Assembly: GCF_000018785.1 (NCBI RefSeq) | Contig: NC_010163.1 | Coordinates: 1,170,001-1,202,000, forward strand | Reading direction: 5' to 3' | Length of the DNA: 32,000 nt | Origin: Acholeplasma laidlawii PG-8A | GTDB lineage: Bacteria; Bacillota_I; Bacilli_A; Acholeplasmatales; Acholeplasmataceae | Shown: one piece after another, positions 10,901-16,725 of the stretch | Layout of the letters: the number at the start of each line of letters is the position of its first letter | Numbering within the stretch: position 1 is the first letter of the stretch | The notes under the pieces: model-generated | What the model saw: the letters and a program-made list of their open reading frames with translations, nothing else | The model's database searches: none | What the model was told of the DNA's origin: nothing | Made by a program: the position numbers and the translations under genes

Positions 10901-13129
10901 TGATCCAATTGGAATAAAGTTTCCTAAATCAAATTCAGTTAAACCTGCATCGACTTTAAAATGATAATTTAAATAAGTATTTCCTTTAGACACTGCCAGT
11001 GATAAATCATGCATGTCTTGTTCTGTCTTTATTAAAAACGGGGTTGTCTTTGTACCGAATCCATAAGATACATCCATTTTTACTGAATCTATGGAATCGA
11101 GTTTAATTTCCACATTTGGATTGGTTGTAAATATTTTTAGTTGTGGATAATATGCATAATCCCCTGATTTTGCTTTTAACTCCCAAATCGCTGCGTTATA
11201 CCCTAGAGTAACGAGTTCACTAAACAGTAAGAAGTCTGAGGTTTTACCTTGTGCAATATTTGTTGTGCCTGGTTTGTTATAACCTAAACCTGGGTCAAAA
11301 TCTGTAAGGATGGATGTATCGTAATAGTTATTGGTGTCTGTTAAATAACTTCCACTTGCTGAGGCATAGACCCCACCAACTCTCGATTTAGACGATACAT
11401 ACGCTGCATTATAGTTATATCTAATATTGGAGTTATTTTGGTAGCTTGCTAGTATTTGTCCAACAATACCACCCACTAAATCTGCTCCAATAACTTCACC
11501 TCTATTATAAGTATTATAGATATGACTTTGTAATCCTGCAGCCCCGACTACACCACCTACATAGTTTCCTGTGGATGTTACTTTAGCGTGGTTATATACG
11601 CGTTGTACGGTTGCACCTGTCATGTAACCTACAACACCACCGGTGTAGTGTCTTCCTTCTATACTTGCTAGGTTATAGACGTTTTCTACAGTACCACTAA
11701 CTTGGTATGCCACAACACCTGATACATAATCATTTCCTTTAACAGATCCTGTAACATATAAGTTTCTTATCACACCAACACCAAAATAACCAAACAGTGC
11801 TTGGTAATCTTTTGTAGTATCTAAGGTATTTATATGAAACTCTGCGTTATTTCCATCAAACGTTCCATAAAATCTCTTTGTTGGTGTTCCAATGGGTTCG
11901 TAATCTTCAAAGACGAATCTTGTTACACCATCTGCTACCTTAAAATAGAACCCTTCAAAGGTATTCCCGTTTTTGACTTTGTTATTAAGTTCGATAAAGT
12001 CTTCTTCATTATAGATAATAAACGGAAAACTTTGTGTCCCTATTCCGTCAGTAATATCCACCTTAACAGATTGAATTGAGCTGTTTTTCTTATAAGCTAG
12101 CGTGTCGTTAGGATGATTAATAAAATATTTTAATTGAGGATAGAATCCAAATCCCTCAGTCCTAGGTTCAAAATGCCAATAGTCTCCATGAAGTGATTTA
12201 GAATCCATATCATAAAGTTGTTGACTATTTTTTGCATGTGCTGTGGTTTCTAGGCTAGATGGTTTAACATACCCTTCCGGTTGATAATAATTAGCGATTA
12301 CGATAACATCGTAATAAGCGTTTGTGAGACCAAGGTAACTACCACCTGAGGCTACTCCATATACACCACCAACAGATCCTTTACCCGCTACTTTACCCCT
12401 ACTATAAACATGTCTTAAATAACTATTATTTGTATATGCTGCATAAATACCACCCGTTATACCACCAACATACGTACCACCTATGATTTCACCTGTATTA
12501 TAGGCGTAATCTAATATACCATTATAGTAGGTTTGACCCGTAATGCCACCGACATAATTTAGTGCACCATTTATAAACGCTTCATTGTAAACATTTAGTA
12601 TTCTACTATTTGTATGGAATCCAGCAATACCAGCAACATATGATTTACCAAAAACTCTACCACTTACAGATAAGTTTTCAATCACACCACCATTTACATA
12701 GCCAAAAAGACCTTGATAATCACTTTCAGGTCTATTAATGTTTAATATAAACTTGACACCGAAACCATCAAACGTTCCAGCAAACGGTTTAGTCGGTGAT
12801 CCTATTGGAATAAAATTGCCTAATCCAATTTCATTGACCGTTGACGATACTACAATAACTTTACCAGCAAATGTATTCCCTGCTAAGACAGCCTGAGATA
12901 AAGCATTCATATCTTCAGCATTACTGATGATATAAGGATTTGTCTCGGTTCCATCTTGGCCTTCTGCCATAAAAATAGACGCACCATATGGCGTTCTATA
13001 ACTAATAGTAATTTTTTCTTCATTGACTTCAGGTGACTGATTTGGTTGATTTAAAAGAATTATTAATGACGTTAAACATAAGATAACTAAGCAAATTGCT
13101 ATATTTTTTTTAACTCTTATACTTTTCAA
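1..13129 (-). CDS. Giant surface/adhesin-like repeat protein (partial, C-terminus beyond window start); N-terminal signal/TM segment, many GLUG-like repeats, C-terminal InlB B-repeat/Flg_new-like repeats
   Basis: Minus-strand frame begins TTG at 13129 (KSIRVKKNIAICLVILCLTSLIILLNQ...), preceded by GAGG, with an in-frame TAG upstream. The same frame (codon 5' base = 1 mod 3) was confirmed around 5458 and at 1-180 (...YTFVGWDNNGLAVKENRTIKALFDETYLYYEVRFYDKFNNLIKLQEVAPG). No stop was seen in the parts translated by hand. Repeats of type YVGGVVGYMTGATVQRVYNHAKVTSTGNYVGGVVG. The ORF track probably omits it because it has no stop inside the window. Confidence 0.93.
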   Translation of the reverse strand, partial: MKSIRVKKNIAICLVILCLTSLIILLNQPNQSPEVNEEKITISYRTPYGASIFMAEGQDGTETNPYIISNAEDMNALSQAVLAGNTFAGKVIVVSSTVNEIGLGNFIPIGSPTKPFAGTFDGFGVKFILNINRPESDYQGLFGYVNGGVIENLSVSGRVFGKSYVAGIAGFHTNSRILNVYNEAFINGALNYVGGITGQTYYNGILDYAYNTGEIIGGTYVGGITGGIYAAYTNNSYLRHVYSRGKVAGKGSVGGVYGVASGGSYLGLTNAYYDVIVIANYYQPEGYVKPSSLETTAHAKNSQQLYDMDSKSLHGDYWHFEPRTEGFGFYPQLKYFINHPNDTLAYKKNSSIQSVKVDITDGIGTQSFPFIIYNEEDFIELNNKVKNGNTFEGFYFKVADGVTRFVFEDYEPIGTPTKRFYGTFDGNNAEFHINTLDTTKDYQALFGYFGVGVIRNLYVTGSVKGNDYVSGVVAYQVSGTVENVYNLASIEGRHYTGGVVGYMTGATVQRVYNHAKVTSTGNYVGGVVGAAGLQSHIYNTYNRGEVIGADLVGGIVGQILASYQNNSNIRYNYNAAYVSSKSRVGGVYASASGSYLTDTNNYYDTSILTDFDPGLGYNKPGTTNIAQGKTSDFLLFSELVTLGYNAAIWELKAKSGDYAYYPQLKIFTTNPNVEIKLDSIDSVKMDVSYGFGTKTTPFLIKTEQDMHDLSLAVSKGNTYLNYHFKVDAGLTEFDLGNFIPIGSPTKPFLGSFDGNGANFILDINRPDSDYQGLFGYHTTGVIENLSVSGSVTGRNYVSGIVGYHTGSRVQNVYNTANITGTENYVGGITGQTYYNGILDYAYNIGEIIGGTYVGGITGGIYAAYTNNSYLRHVYSRGKVAGKGSVGGVYGVASGGSYLGLTNLYYDVIVIANYYQPEGLIKPSSLETALHAKNTSQMIQGSALLPNTHFYFEEKTDELGYYPQLKVFSQNEVATTKTRSKESVTLDIKDGMGTSDMPFIIYNEEDFIELNNKVKNGNTFEGFYFKVADGVTRFVFEDYEPIGTPTKRFYGTFDGNNAEFHINTLDTTKDYQALFGYFGVGVIRNLYVTGSVKGNDYVSGVVAYQVSGTVENVYNLASIEGRHYTGGVVGYMTGATVQRVYNHAKVTSTGNYVGGVVGAAGLQSHIYNTYNRGEVIGADLVGGIVGQILASYQNNSNIRYNYNAAYVSSKSRVGGVYASASGSYLTNTNNYYEVTMLRTFTPLSGYVKPSDALGGQGLDKATMFNDQMLTRGFNLNTWTFKEIEGNYAYFPQLKYFAENANEHVVNDSIISTRTNPFTGDGTKESPYLIRNVDDMVILSHSISHEYDALGKYYIVAPNVFEMNLVGTNYKPIGQDVPFKGHFDGDYTHFIIELDMMDKNYVGLFGQLSSGASISNLSVSGTIKGNNYVGGVAGKNDGQIENVYAKVHVTGNQNVGGLVGYNKGSLDTMFSTGNVTGSQGVGGLVGFNEGTIHEGYYGGRIHGQNHVGALVGFSSNELISNLNYNGTIIYYDDILDGFIKPNNAVGNLIVFNHFKVEKEALTGIEVFSQEGILLSNDLWKLSPTNGLYDYYPQLKSFAEHASSVVRTNALLYTSVIRFANGSGSKSNPYIIRHEADMKALSDITKSNNLDGIYFKVIDGVSLLDLTIEGLGFERIGHSASINQQFKGGFDGNGVTIQIELLKTTTDYLGLFGYLGQNAEVKNIEITGKVHGRNYVGALAGEINGASISNIFNHAEVLGTRYVGGLIGLSTNSNINNIYNMANVTAISRDIGGIIGFSQTSTISKVFNFGHIKGVQVVGGIVGYLYNANNVSYVYNRGMVEGTTTATYIGGITGAHRNGQISQGYSAGVILGKNTGYLGGLIGRIEGTTFESDIYYDASIIDSIVVPTGYNVPIQSIGNKLNQEHIKGLSKTEIVGLKGQSNMTLDSNEWVFIETNGVEAFYPQLKVFSTHLSERVQKDSIESVKSYVFVGEGSFDVPYVIVNKYDMEILSNLVSSGIDFEGIYFKVKEDVSVIDLTYEVNYKPIGSIATQFKGSFDGTHTNFVVKMNTSSNYQGLFGYLGDTAHVKNLSVSGSITGNNFVGSIAGVNYGVIENVFTTADLVGKDNVGGITGSNHGEVRVSYAIGSVRGNEHIGGISGNNTGIISDGYASSNIYGTSYVGGIVGSNASELYNLYYNESKIEVSPDITGYSKPFIATGNQGNTDSVYGVVSHKLYSGTLVFENEWTFENSVGFYAYYPQIKGFSKSIYKPIKDYSKDSVTISKFNEGSGTFEDPYIIRTHYDMESVSQMIGARYSLLNTYFKVASDVDYIDLTLLDIPYVPIGNSSVNFQGSFDGQGVKFNINLNNNFEYQGLFGVIGSNGYVKNVSVEGSIKGTNFIGGISGRNYGIIENSYNLAHITGTNYIGGISGYANHDIINTFNTGNIQSTGVYVGGITGGIVRNRMIKNAYNVGNIHSTLSTSLRGTGGIAGYLGGNLYNVYQASPITSERSGYISGLYGRTDGVSVIENAYFAIEPILNDTSGYFKPSTIGPNAVYKNQLTSEQLFVTFETGVFVSRQSQAFDAFYPQLKVFETSSKSHITTDSRNSVMHPLLYGEGTSINPYLIYSSYDLRGLGIAVKDGLDTIDQVYKVYQDAIIDFEPIKNLYEPIGTYSNPFKATFDGSNQTINLKIENPNKDYQGLFGVVSEDALIKDLLLEGEVQGKHYVGALAGRLNGVVSNIYIKDMVVTGHDYVGLLAGDSQITELLNISLKGVVEGLSYVGGMIGHSQTITANATYFMGSIYASSNYVGGLIGYIETESILTNVFSSGVIHASKSNYVGGLFGHFKGSLEHAYATTSITANSYAAGIAAIHEGEINEIFYSGQLSANSYAAGIVVENKGLISNAYYNSTEIENMKQLDSNKLVKHAIYNVEDSAHVSARTLSEMTFIYSLGDDITQMNFDQSLYQTKQGTDFTTYFPELYIFIDHAYNVFVEDSLESITYNKLEGLGTKLNPYLIYDGYDMMIIGDYVRDGHEFVGKYFEVAPKVTQIDLTLEDLGYTPIGSNEYNFGGIFDGKQARFIIELSTNSEYLGIFHTIGETAKVSNMVITGNIRGHAYLGGLAGRNLGTIENIYNHAHITSTLGNDIGGIVGFNQGTIKRVTNQGKITSNGSYTGGITGQNDGVIMDAYNRNDVTGFSNVAGITGHNMGEISNSYNSGHILAKDSIAAGIAGTNSSIIYQVFNSGQIIATNQNAAGIVGNFSAGNLSEAYNAGMILSKKGQAAGIVAYMNTGSISSVYQFGEIYSVEDIGIIIGFIENGNLSSIYYDIDVTNQSDLSGYKKPQYPVGNKTSDVRTNGLYHGQMIGMHALSVTNMNLANPNKYKMLPSLISTSFYPQFTVFSNSSFDYVREDSLKSVETHTFIVGDGSMVNPYLIRNESDWLALADSTTNGNSYKGVYFEVSSDIDELNFVDHPSNYKFAPVGTKDKPFSGILDGKGINVRVHVSNQLDYQALFGHIGTTGEVRNISVSGHISGRNSVSGIAAINDGVIENVYNQAVIVGNQYVAGIAATNNGVIKNVYNKGKVTGSDYVAGLTAYLNGTLYNSYNTGVIYGKNHIGMLVGFYHTGSIHNSYFDVTLLGAYRNTTTHTKPLGAVGSSFNGDNVKGLDHRFMIGQNVFGASSNQMNFVSPLDHWSTNYNLNELNENYPQLKVFAQDSRAHIQALSKESTYNRLYTVTFEELNETTNENLQYVLDNEHYQLYVPTYFGYNFLGWYYDQDGIEIQLTNKSGQSIQVFNEEKDIEVYAKWEEAYHLVQFIDGNNKVIHEEEIRHGQYVQQPDGLIPLKNKNALYVYEYMRWIFDFNGTQILKPTQIRAEYHQMDRYYTINYYDGDGHLFERQKGEYNQYIQPTSKIPTKTYDTYAYHFEGWDYNFNVVITESMDIHPIFTPVQRYYEIKFYNFDGMHIETKMGEYLFSVEPPSVLPIKAQTPEFKYEFSGWDKDISSITTSMDVIAQFKEVRRSYTVNFFNGDGSILSSQQVLYGDMAAHPSEVPTQAPAGNDAYKFDGWIEDYAYITENLNVRPKFIRVDRYYEVSFYDAFGKIIDKVQVVEYLNSAVQPINNPTKPSSVSEIYTFDGWDQDFTVITGNLEIYPVFKSSPRTYQVTFMIDQDTVYKTVETEYGKTAILPEGIPFKEGTKEIGYKFISWGANYKNITSDTLVYANYQEVAGQYLITFTDGATILNTQYVLYGKDAVAPDLTTYLKDHPNQATGYEYYFISWSSTLDFITAEKTINLNKGSRLISYEVTLINGDETTKIQVGWGQNVTFPVGYKTSTNQIKYTFVGWDNNGLAVKENRTIKALFDETYLYYEVRFYDKFNNLIKLQEVAPG
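9455..10141 (-). repeat. 687-bp direct repeat, copy A (partner 11339-12025, offset 1884 bp) inside the giant CDS
   Basis: By-eye line comparison shows identical sequence from ttaaataacttccacttgctgaggcatagacc to ataataaacgg. The ORF track independently gives identical 64-aa antisense starts at 9950 and 11834. Confidence 0.92.
11339..12025 (-). repeat. 687-bp direct repeat, copy B (partner 9455-10141)
   Basis: See copy A. Similarity falls off at both ends (mismatches at 9454/11338 and 10142/12026). Confidence 0.92.
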
Positions 13130-13156
13130 ATATAGTACCTCTTCATCCTAATAATT

Positions 13157-13185
13157 AAAAAAAACCATGTATGCTACACATGGTT
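13157..13185 (-). terminator. Intrinsic terminator hairpin, probable riboswitch expression platform, just upstream of the giant CDS
   Basis: Minus strand AACCATGT-GTAGCAT-ACATGGTT followed by TTTTTT. The U-tract ends 27 nt before the TTG start, leaving no room for another promoter. Confidence 0.75.
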
Positions 13186-13205
13186 ATAAATAGTTAAAAA
13201 AATTT

Positions 13206-13298
13206 ATCTTCATTATGCAGCTGGCTACCATTTTCAAGGCCCTATAGTTTTGCGCCCTATATTTTCATATAGTTTGCCAAATATTAATTTGGATGTAT
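13206..13298 (-). promoter_or_regulatory. Cyclic di-GMP-I (GEMM-I) riboswitch aptamer
   Basis: Minus strand ...UUUGGCAAACUAUAUGAAAAUAUAGGGCGCAAAACUAUAGGGCCUUGAAAAUGGUAGCCAGCUGC... Matches remembered GEMM-I signatures: GGCAAAC, helix CUAUAU-GAAA-AUAUAG, GRCGCAAA, AYAGGGCC, AUGGUAGCC. P1 boundaries are approximate. Confidence 0.87.
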
Positions 13299-13304
13299 GA
13301 GTTA

Positions 13305-13333
13305 ATTATAACAAAGCTATCAATCTTAAACAA
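13305..13333 (-). promoter_or_regulatory. Sigma-A type promoter for the riboswitch/giant CDS transcript
   Basis: Minus strand TTGTTT (13333-13328), 17-nt spacer, TATAAT (13310-13305). The predicted start lies just upstream of the aptamer. Confidence 0.75.
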
Positions 13334-13542
13334 GTAAAACTATAATTTGACGACCTTATTAACCATTGTTTATTATTTTTCCGATGATAATTAGCTATTC
13401 AGCTTATTTTTACTACAATTCACCACACTTATTTGCAATATCTAGGAAACTACTGTTAATAATATTGATAAAATTATTAGAGAAAATTTTTTTTGTTTTG
13501 ATTAATTTCATAAATTATTTTACCCCTTTTCCTTATTTCCAC

Positions 13543-13600
13543 TATTTACTTGGTTTTGCCTATCTAATACCCATATAAGTATACCATTTCCCTATTTGGG
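13543..13600. repeat. Imperfect direct repeat flanking the araC-like gene, copy A
   Basis: tatttacttggttttgcctatctaatacccatataagtataccatttccctatttggg, compared with 14707-14759. Confidence 0.6.
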
Positions 13601-13632
13601 AATTCATAAATTGTAGTTATTGGATTAATGCT

Positions 13633-14487
13633 TTATTTATGAATTGCAAACCATATCTCTTGGGTATTATCTGCACCATAAGCTTCAATAACAGGAAGAT
13701 CTGCTAACTTGTATTCAGAATTAGGTAACCAAATACTATAAAAATCTTGATATGTTTTTTTTACATGTACCTTTTTCTCAACATTAAATACAACCCATGT
13801 TGATTTAGGAAAATCTATAGCTTTAAAATTATCTACTTGCGGATCATCCTCTTTGGTAACTCCCACAATATATTTCATTTCTCTTGACTTACCCCATTGT
13901 CCATTAGCAGCAATACCAAGGATACCACACGGTTTTAAATTAGTTATCATACCCATTAGTGTTTCCATTGTTCCATCTTTTTTAACCGTTTTCCACATCT
14001 TTGGTACTTCTTCAAATGCGTTTTCTGTTAAAATATCAAACTCTTTTCCATAAACTTTAAATCCACTTAATTCTTCAATTCGGTAGTTCATTTGTTCTTC
14101 TCCTATAATTTTTATTTGGAATGATAGTTTAGGAGTTAAATTAAGTTGTACTATATTTTTTCTTACCTCTGATGGCAAACATCCATGAAATGTTTTAAAG
14201 GCTCTAGTAAATGCATCTTGTGAACTATATCCATACTTAATAGCAAAATCGATAATTTTTTCATTAGATTCTAAAAGTTCAATACCTGCTTTTGATAGTC
14301 TTCTTTCTCTAATATAGACGCCTAGAGTCTTTCCAGAAATATATGAGAAAACTTTTTGAAAATTCTCAAATGAACACATCATAATTTCAGATAATTGCTG
14401 ACTCGAAATACTTCCATCTAAATTTTTTTCAATATATTCAATTGATGCATTTAACTGTTTAATCCAATCCACTTCTATCATCTCCAC
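13633..14487 (-). CDS. AraC-family transcriptional regulator with C-terminal GyrI-like effector-binding domain
   Basis: 284 aa; N-terminal AraC HTH (LSEIMMCSFENFQKVFSYISGKTLGVYIRERRLSKAGIELL...YGYSSQDAFTRAFKTFHGCLPSEVRK) followed by a GyrI-like domain. Upstream GGAGAAG ribosome-binding site. Confidence 0.88.
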   Translation of the reverse strand: MEMIEVDWIKQLNASIEYIEKNLDGSISSQQLSEIMMCSFENFQKVFSYISGKTLGVYIRERRLSKAGIELLESNEKIIDFAIKYGYSSQDAFTRAFKTFHGCLPSEVRKNIVQLNLTPKLSFQIKIIGEEQMNYRIEELSGFKVYGKEFDILTENAFEEVPKMWKTVKKDGTMETLMGMITNLKPCGILGIAANGQWGKSREMKYIVGVTKEDDPQVDNFKAIDFPKSTWVVFNVEKKVHVKKTYQDFYSIWLPNSEYKLADLPVIEAYGADNTQEIWFAIHK

Positions 14488-14706
14488 CTATATTATATTA
14501 ATCTGGCAATTTTATTACTCGCCTTTTTATGACTTTTTTAGTCGAATCCAACTAATTAAAGTATACTTTTATCTTCAAAAATAATAACCATAAAATATAA
14601 GAAAGAATGATGAGTTTTTTAGAGTTTGATTTTTAATTTGAGTGGTAAGAAAACAATAGGAAATAAGCAGTTCGTTGGTATGAATCTCGTTTTATTGATT
14701 TTTTCA

Positions 14707-14759
14707 TATTTACTTTTGCATATCTATTACCCATGCAAGTATACCATTTTCCTATTTGA
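14707..14759. repeat. Imperfect direct repeat flanking the araC-like gene, copy B
   Basis: tatttacttttgcatatctattacccatgcaagtataccattttcctatttgag, compared with 13543-13600. Confidence 0.6.
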
Positions 14760-14881
14760 GACGTCATACACTCATGTTATTGAACTTATGAAGTATTCAT
14801 TTGTATTATTGAGAAAGTATTCTTGACACTACCAAAAATTATTGTCGTACGATCAAATTAAATTGAATTAATACCATTTTC

Positions 14882-15241
14882 TTGTACTTTATGTTCTTTG
14901 TAGTTATTATATCATTTGTTGATTCATTGATGCTATATTCAGATGCATCAGAAGATACTTCTCACAATAAAAAAACTCTATTATCAAATAAAGTTTCATT
15001 GTTAAATAGTAAAAAGATACTCCCTAATTATGTTAAAAGGATTAAGAACTTCAAGAGTAATCACTCTATTGATGAATTTAAAAATATCATTGATAAAGTT
15101 AAAATTATTGATGCATTAACTTTTGAAATAAAACTCTCTTTGGTTAATCTTGAGTCAATTAATTATTTCGTTACTCATTCGACCATATCAATTAAGATAG
15201 GCAATCTAATGAAAGAAATTAAATATTATATTGTTCTCTAA
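14882..15241 (+). CDS. Hypothetical protein, 119 aa, N-terminal hydrophobic/signal-like segment
   Basis: ORF track; MYFMFFVVIISFVDSLMLYSDASEDTS... No family recognised. Confidence 0.4.
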   Translation: MYFMFFVVIISFVDSLMLYSDASEDTSHNKKTLLSNKVSLLNSKKILPNYVKRIKNFKSNHSIDEFKNIIDKVKIIDALTFEIKLSLVNLESINYFVTHSTISIKIGNLMKEIKYYIVL

Positions 15242-15391
15242 TTTTTTAGATATGGTTCAATCACTTATCACGGACTTTTATTCAAGTGCTTCAATCACTT
15301 ATCACGAGCATAGAATTTTTAATAAACAAATATTGTTTAGGACTATTGGCGCCAATTTAAAATGTCATCGATAGCCCTTTTTTAATAAAAA

Positions 15392-15408
15392 ATGCCCTAA
15401 AAGGGCAT
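15392..15408 (-). terminator. Intrinsic terminator downstream of tRNA-Cys
   Basis: Minus strand ATGCCCT-TTT-AGGGCAT-TTTTTATT. Confidence 0.75.
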
Positions 15409-15458
15409 AATTTGGTATTATTTGGTAGTTTTTTGCTACCAATTAAAGATTTCTTTGG

Positions 15459-15530
15459 AGGCCCCGATCGGATTTGAACCGACGCGTCAAGGTTTTGCAG
15501 ACCCATGCCTTACCGCTTGGCTACGGGGCC
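15459..15530 (-). tRNA. tRNA-Cys (GCA)
   Basis: GGCCCCGTAGCCAAGCGGTAAGGCATGGGTCTGCAAAACCTTGACGCGTCGGTTCAAATCCGATCGGGGCCT. Anticodon GCA, discriminator U, CCA encoded immediately after. Confidence 0.95.
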
Positions 15531-15635
15531 AAACACGCTATTATATTATACGTTTTGAAAACGTAAATGTCAATGATAAAAACAACCTACAAATGGGAGA
15601 GACTAGTTTCACACATTTAGTAGGTTGTTCTTCTT

Positions 15636-16592
15636 TTATATTTGAGTTTCTAAATTTGAAGCTATATGTTGTAAAACAAAATCTGTTGTTAGATTATGTT
15701 TTTTAACATAGCGATTATTTGGATGAATTCTACAAGCATGTGAACATGATCCTAAATATTTTTCTTCAGATGCTTCACTTGCAAGTATTTGTTTATTACA
15801 CTCTGGATTTCCACAGTTAATATATCGTTCACATGGTTCGTTTGTAAAGTAATCTCTACCAACTACGACATGCTCGTGTTTATTGATATCCACTGCAATA
15901 CGTTCATCAAATACATACATTTTACCATCCCAAAGTTTGCCTTCAGTATCTTTACTTGTACCATAGTTGTGGATACCACCATGCAATTGACCTGCCACAT
16001 TAAAACCTTCTTTAATTAACCAGCCGCTAAACTTCTCACATCTTACACCACCGGTGCAGTATGTTAGAATTTCCTTGTCTTTAAATTGATCTTTGTTTTC
16101 TCTAATCCAGTCTGGTAAATCTCTAAAGTTTTTAATTTCAGGTTTGATTGCCCCTCTAAAGTGACCCAAATCAAACTCGTAGTCATTTCTAGCGTCAATA
16201 ACTACTGTATTTGGATCTTGTAGTTTTTGATAAAACTCAATAGGTTCTAAATACTTACCTGTAATTTCAAGTGGGTTCACATCATCTTCTAAACTTAAGT
16301 TCACTAATTCTTTTTTAACACGTACATGCATTTTACTAAATGCGTGTGCATCTACTTCATCAATTTTAAAGAAGATATCTTCAAAACCTTGAAGACTTTT
16401 TAAATAATCCATGTAGTTTTCTGTTTGTTCAAATGTACCTGATAAGGTACCATTAATACCTTCACTAGAAACTAAAATACGCCCTAGTAAATCTTGGCTC
16501 TTACAATAAGCTAAATGCTCATCTTTAAACTTTTCTGGGTTTTCAATGGCTGTATACTTATAATAAAGAAGCACTCTATAATTTTTTTGCAT
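15636..16592 (-). CDS. trhO: tRNA uridine(34) hydroxylase, rhodanese-like family
   Basis: 318 aa; rhodanese-type active site [17 protein letters not shown]-terminal Cys-rich segment [14 protein letters not shown]...CSHACR, N-terminal [15 protein letters not shown]. Confidence 0.9.
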   Translation of the reverse strand: MQKNYRVLLYYKYTAIENPEKFKDEHLAYCKSQDLLGRILVSSEGINGTLSGTFEQTENYMDYLKSLQGFEDIFFKIDEVDAHAFSKMHVRVKKELVNLSLEDDVNPLEITGKYLEPIEFYQKLQDPNTVVIDARNDYEFDLGHFRGAIKPEIKNFRDLPDWIRENKDQFKDKEILTYCTGGVRCEKFSGWLIKEGFNVAGQLHGGIHNYGTSKDTEGKLWDGKMYVFDERIAVDINKHEHVVVGRDYFTNEPCERYINCGNPECNKQILASEASEEKYLGSCSHACRIHPNNRYVKKHNLTTDFVLQHIASNLETQI

Positions 16593-16682
16593 TTAAATCT
16601 TCCTTTTTTGTTCATTCATTTACCGGTTTATTATACATAATTGTGGTATGTCTTACAAAAGATTTGCCTATATCACTCATTA

Positions 16683-16709
16683 TTAGCACTCATCACTTGA
16701 CAGTGCCAA
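16683..16709 (+). promoter_or_regulatory. CIRCE-like HrcA operator upstream of clpB
   Basis: TTAGCACTC-atcacttga-CAGTGCCAA. First half matches the CIRCE consensus fully, second half 7 of 9 (consensus GAGTGCTAA), spacer 9. Confidence 0.85.
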
Positions 16710-16725
16710 TTATTCGGCATATAAT
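16697..16725 (+). promoter_or_regulatory. Consensus sigma-A promoter of clpB
   Basis: TTGACA (16697-16702), N17, TATAAT (16720-16725), overlapping the CIRCE right half. Confidence 0.85.

Larger units (their letters stand above)
2030..12870 (-). repeat. Array of ~11-12 modules (0.86-1.24 kb each), each with a 'NPYLI' entry, a 'PIG....F.G.FDG' segment, several GLUG-like motifs and a 'YPQLK.F' boundary
   Basis: The 'YPQLKVF'-type boundary appears on the plus strand as ttttaattgaggata / tagttgtggataa variants near 2034, 2971, 4213, 5384, 6371, 7233, 8353, 9258, 10233, 11140 and 12132. Confidence 0.8.

Noticed and set aside
9950-12079. Antisense + strand ORFs at 9950-10177 and 11834-12079 with identical protein starts
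   Set aside because: They are the complement of the duplicated 687-bp segment of the giant minus CDS; identity comes from the DNA duplication.
1-13129. The highly repetitive first 13 kb as a CRISPR array, satellite DNA or non-coding repeats
   Set aside because: Repeats are protein-level, variable in length and keep an open reading frame; no conserved short repeats with unique spacers.
13366-13578. 70-aa + ORF upstream of the riboswitch promoter
   Set aside because: AT-rich, hydrophobic low-complexity translation and no clear ribosome-binding site; support too weak.
14626-14826. 66-aa + ORF containing direct-repeat copy B
   Set aside because: Low-complexity AT-rich product; may be a gene remnant but coding status cannot be supported.
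13633-15241. Possible mobile element bounded by the direct repeats
   Set aside because: No transposase, integrase or terminal inverted repeats seen; only imperfect direct repeats, so reported as repeats, not as an element.
15422-15706. 94-aa + ORF
   Set aside because: Runs across tRNA-Cys antisense (EPTRQGFADPCLTAW is a typical tRNA artefact) and into the 3' end of trhO.
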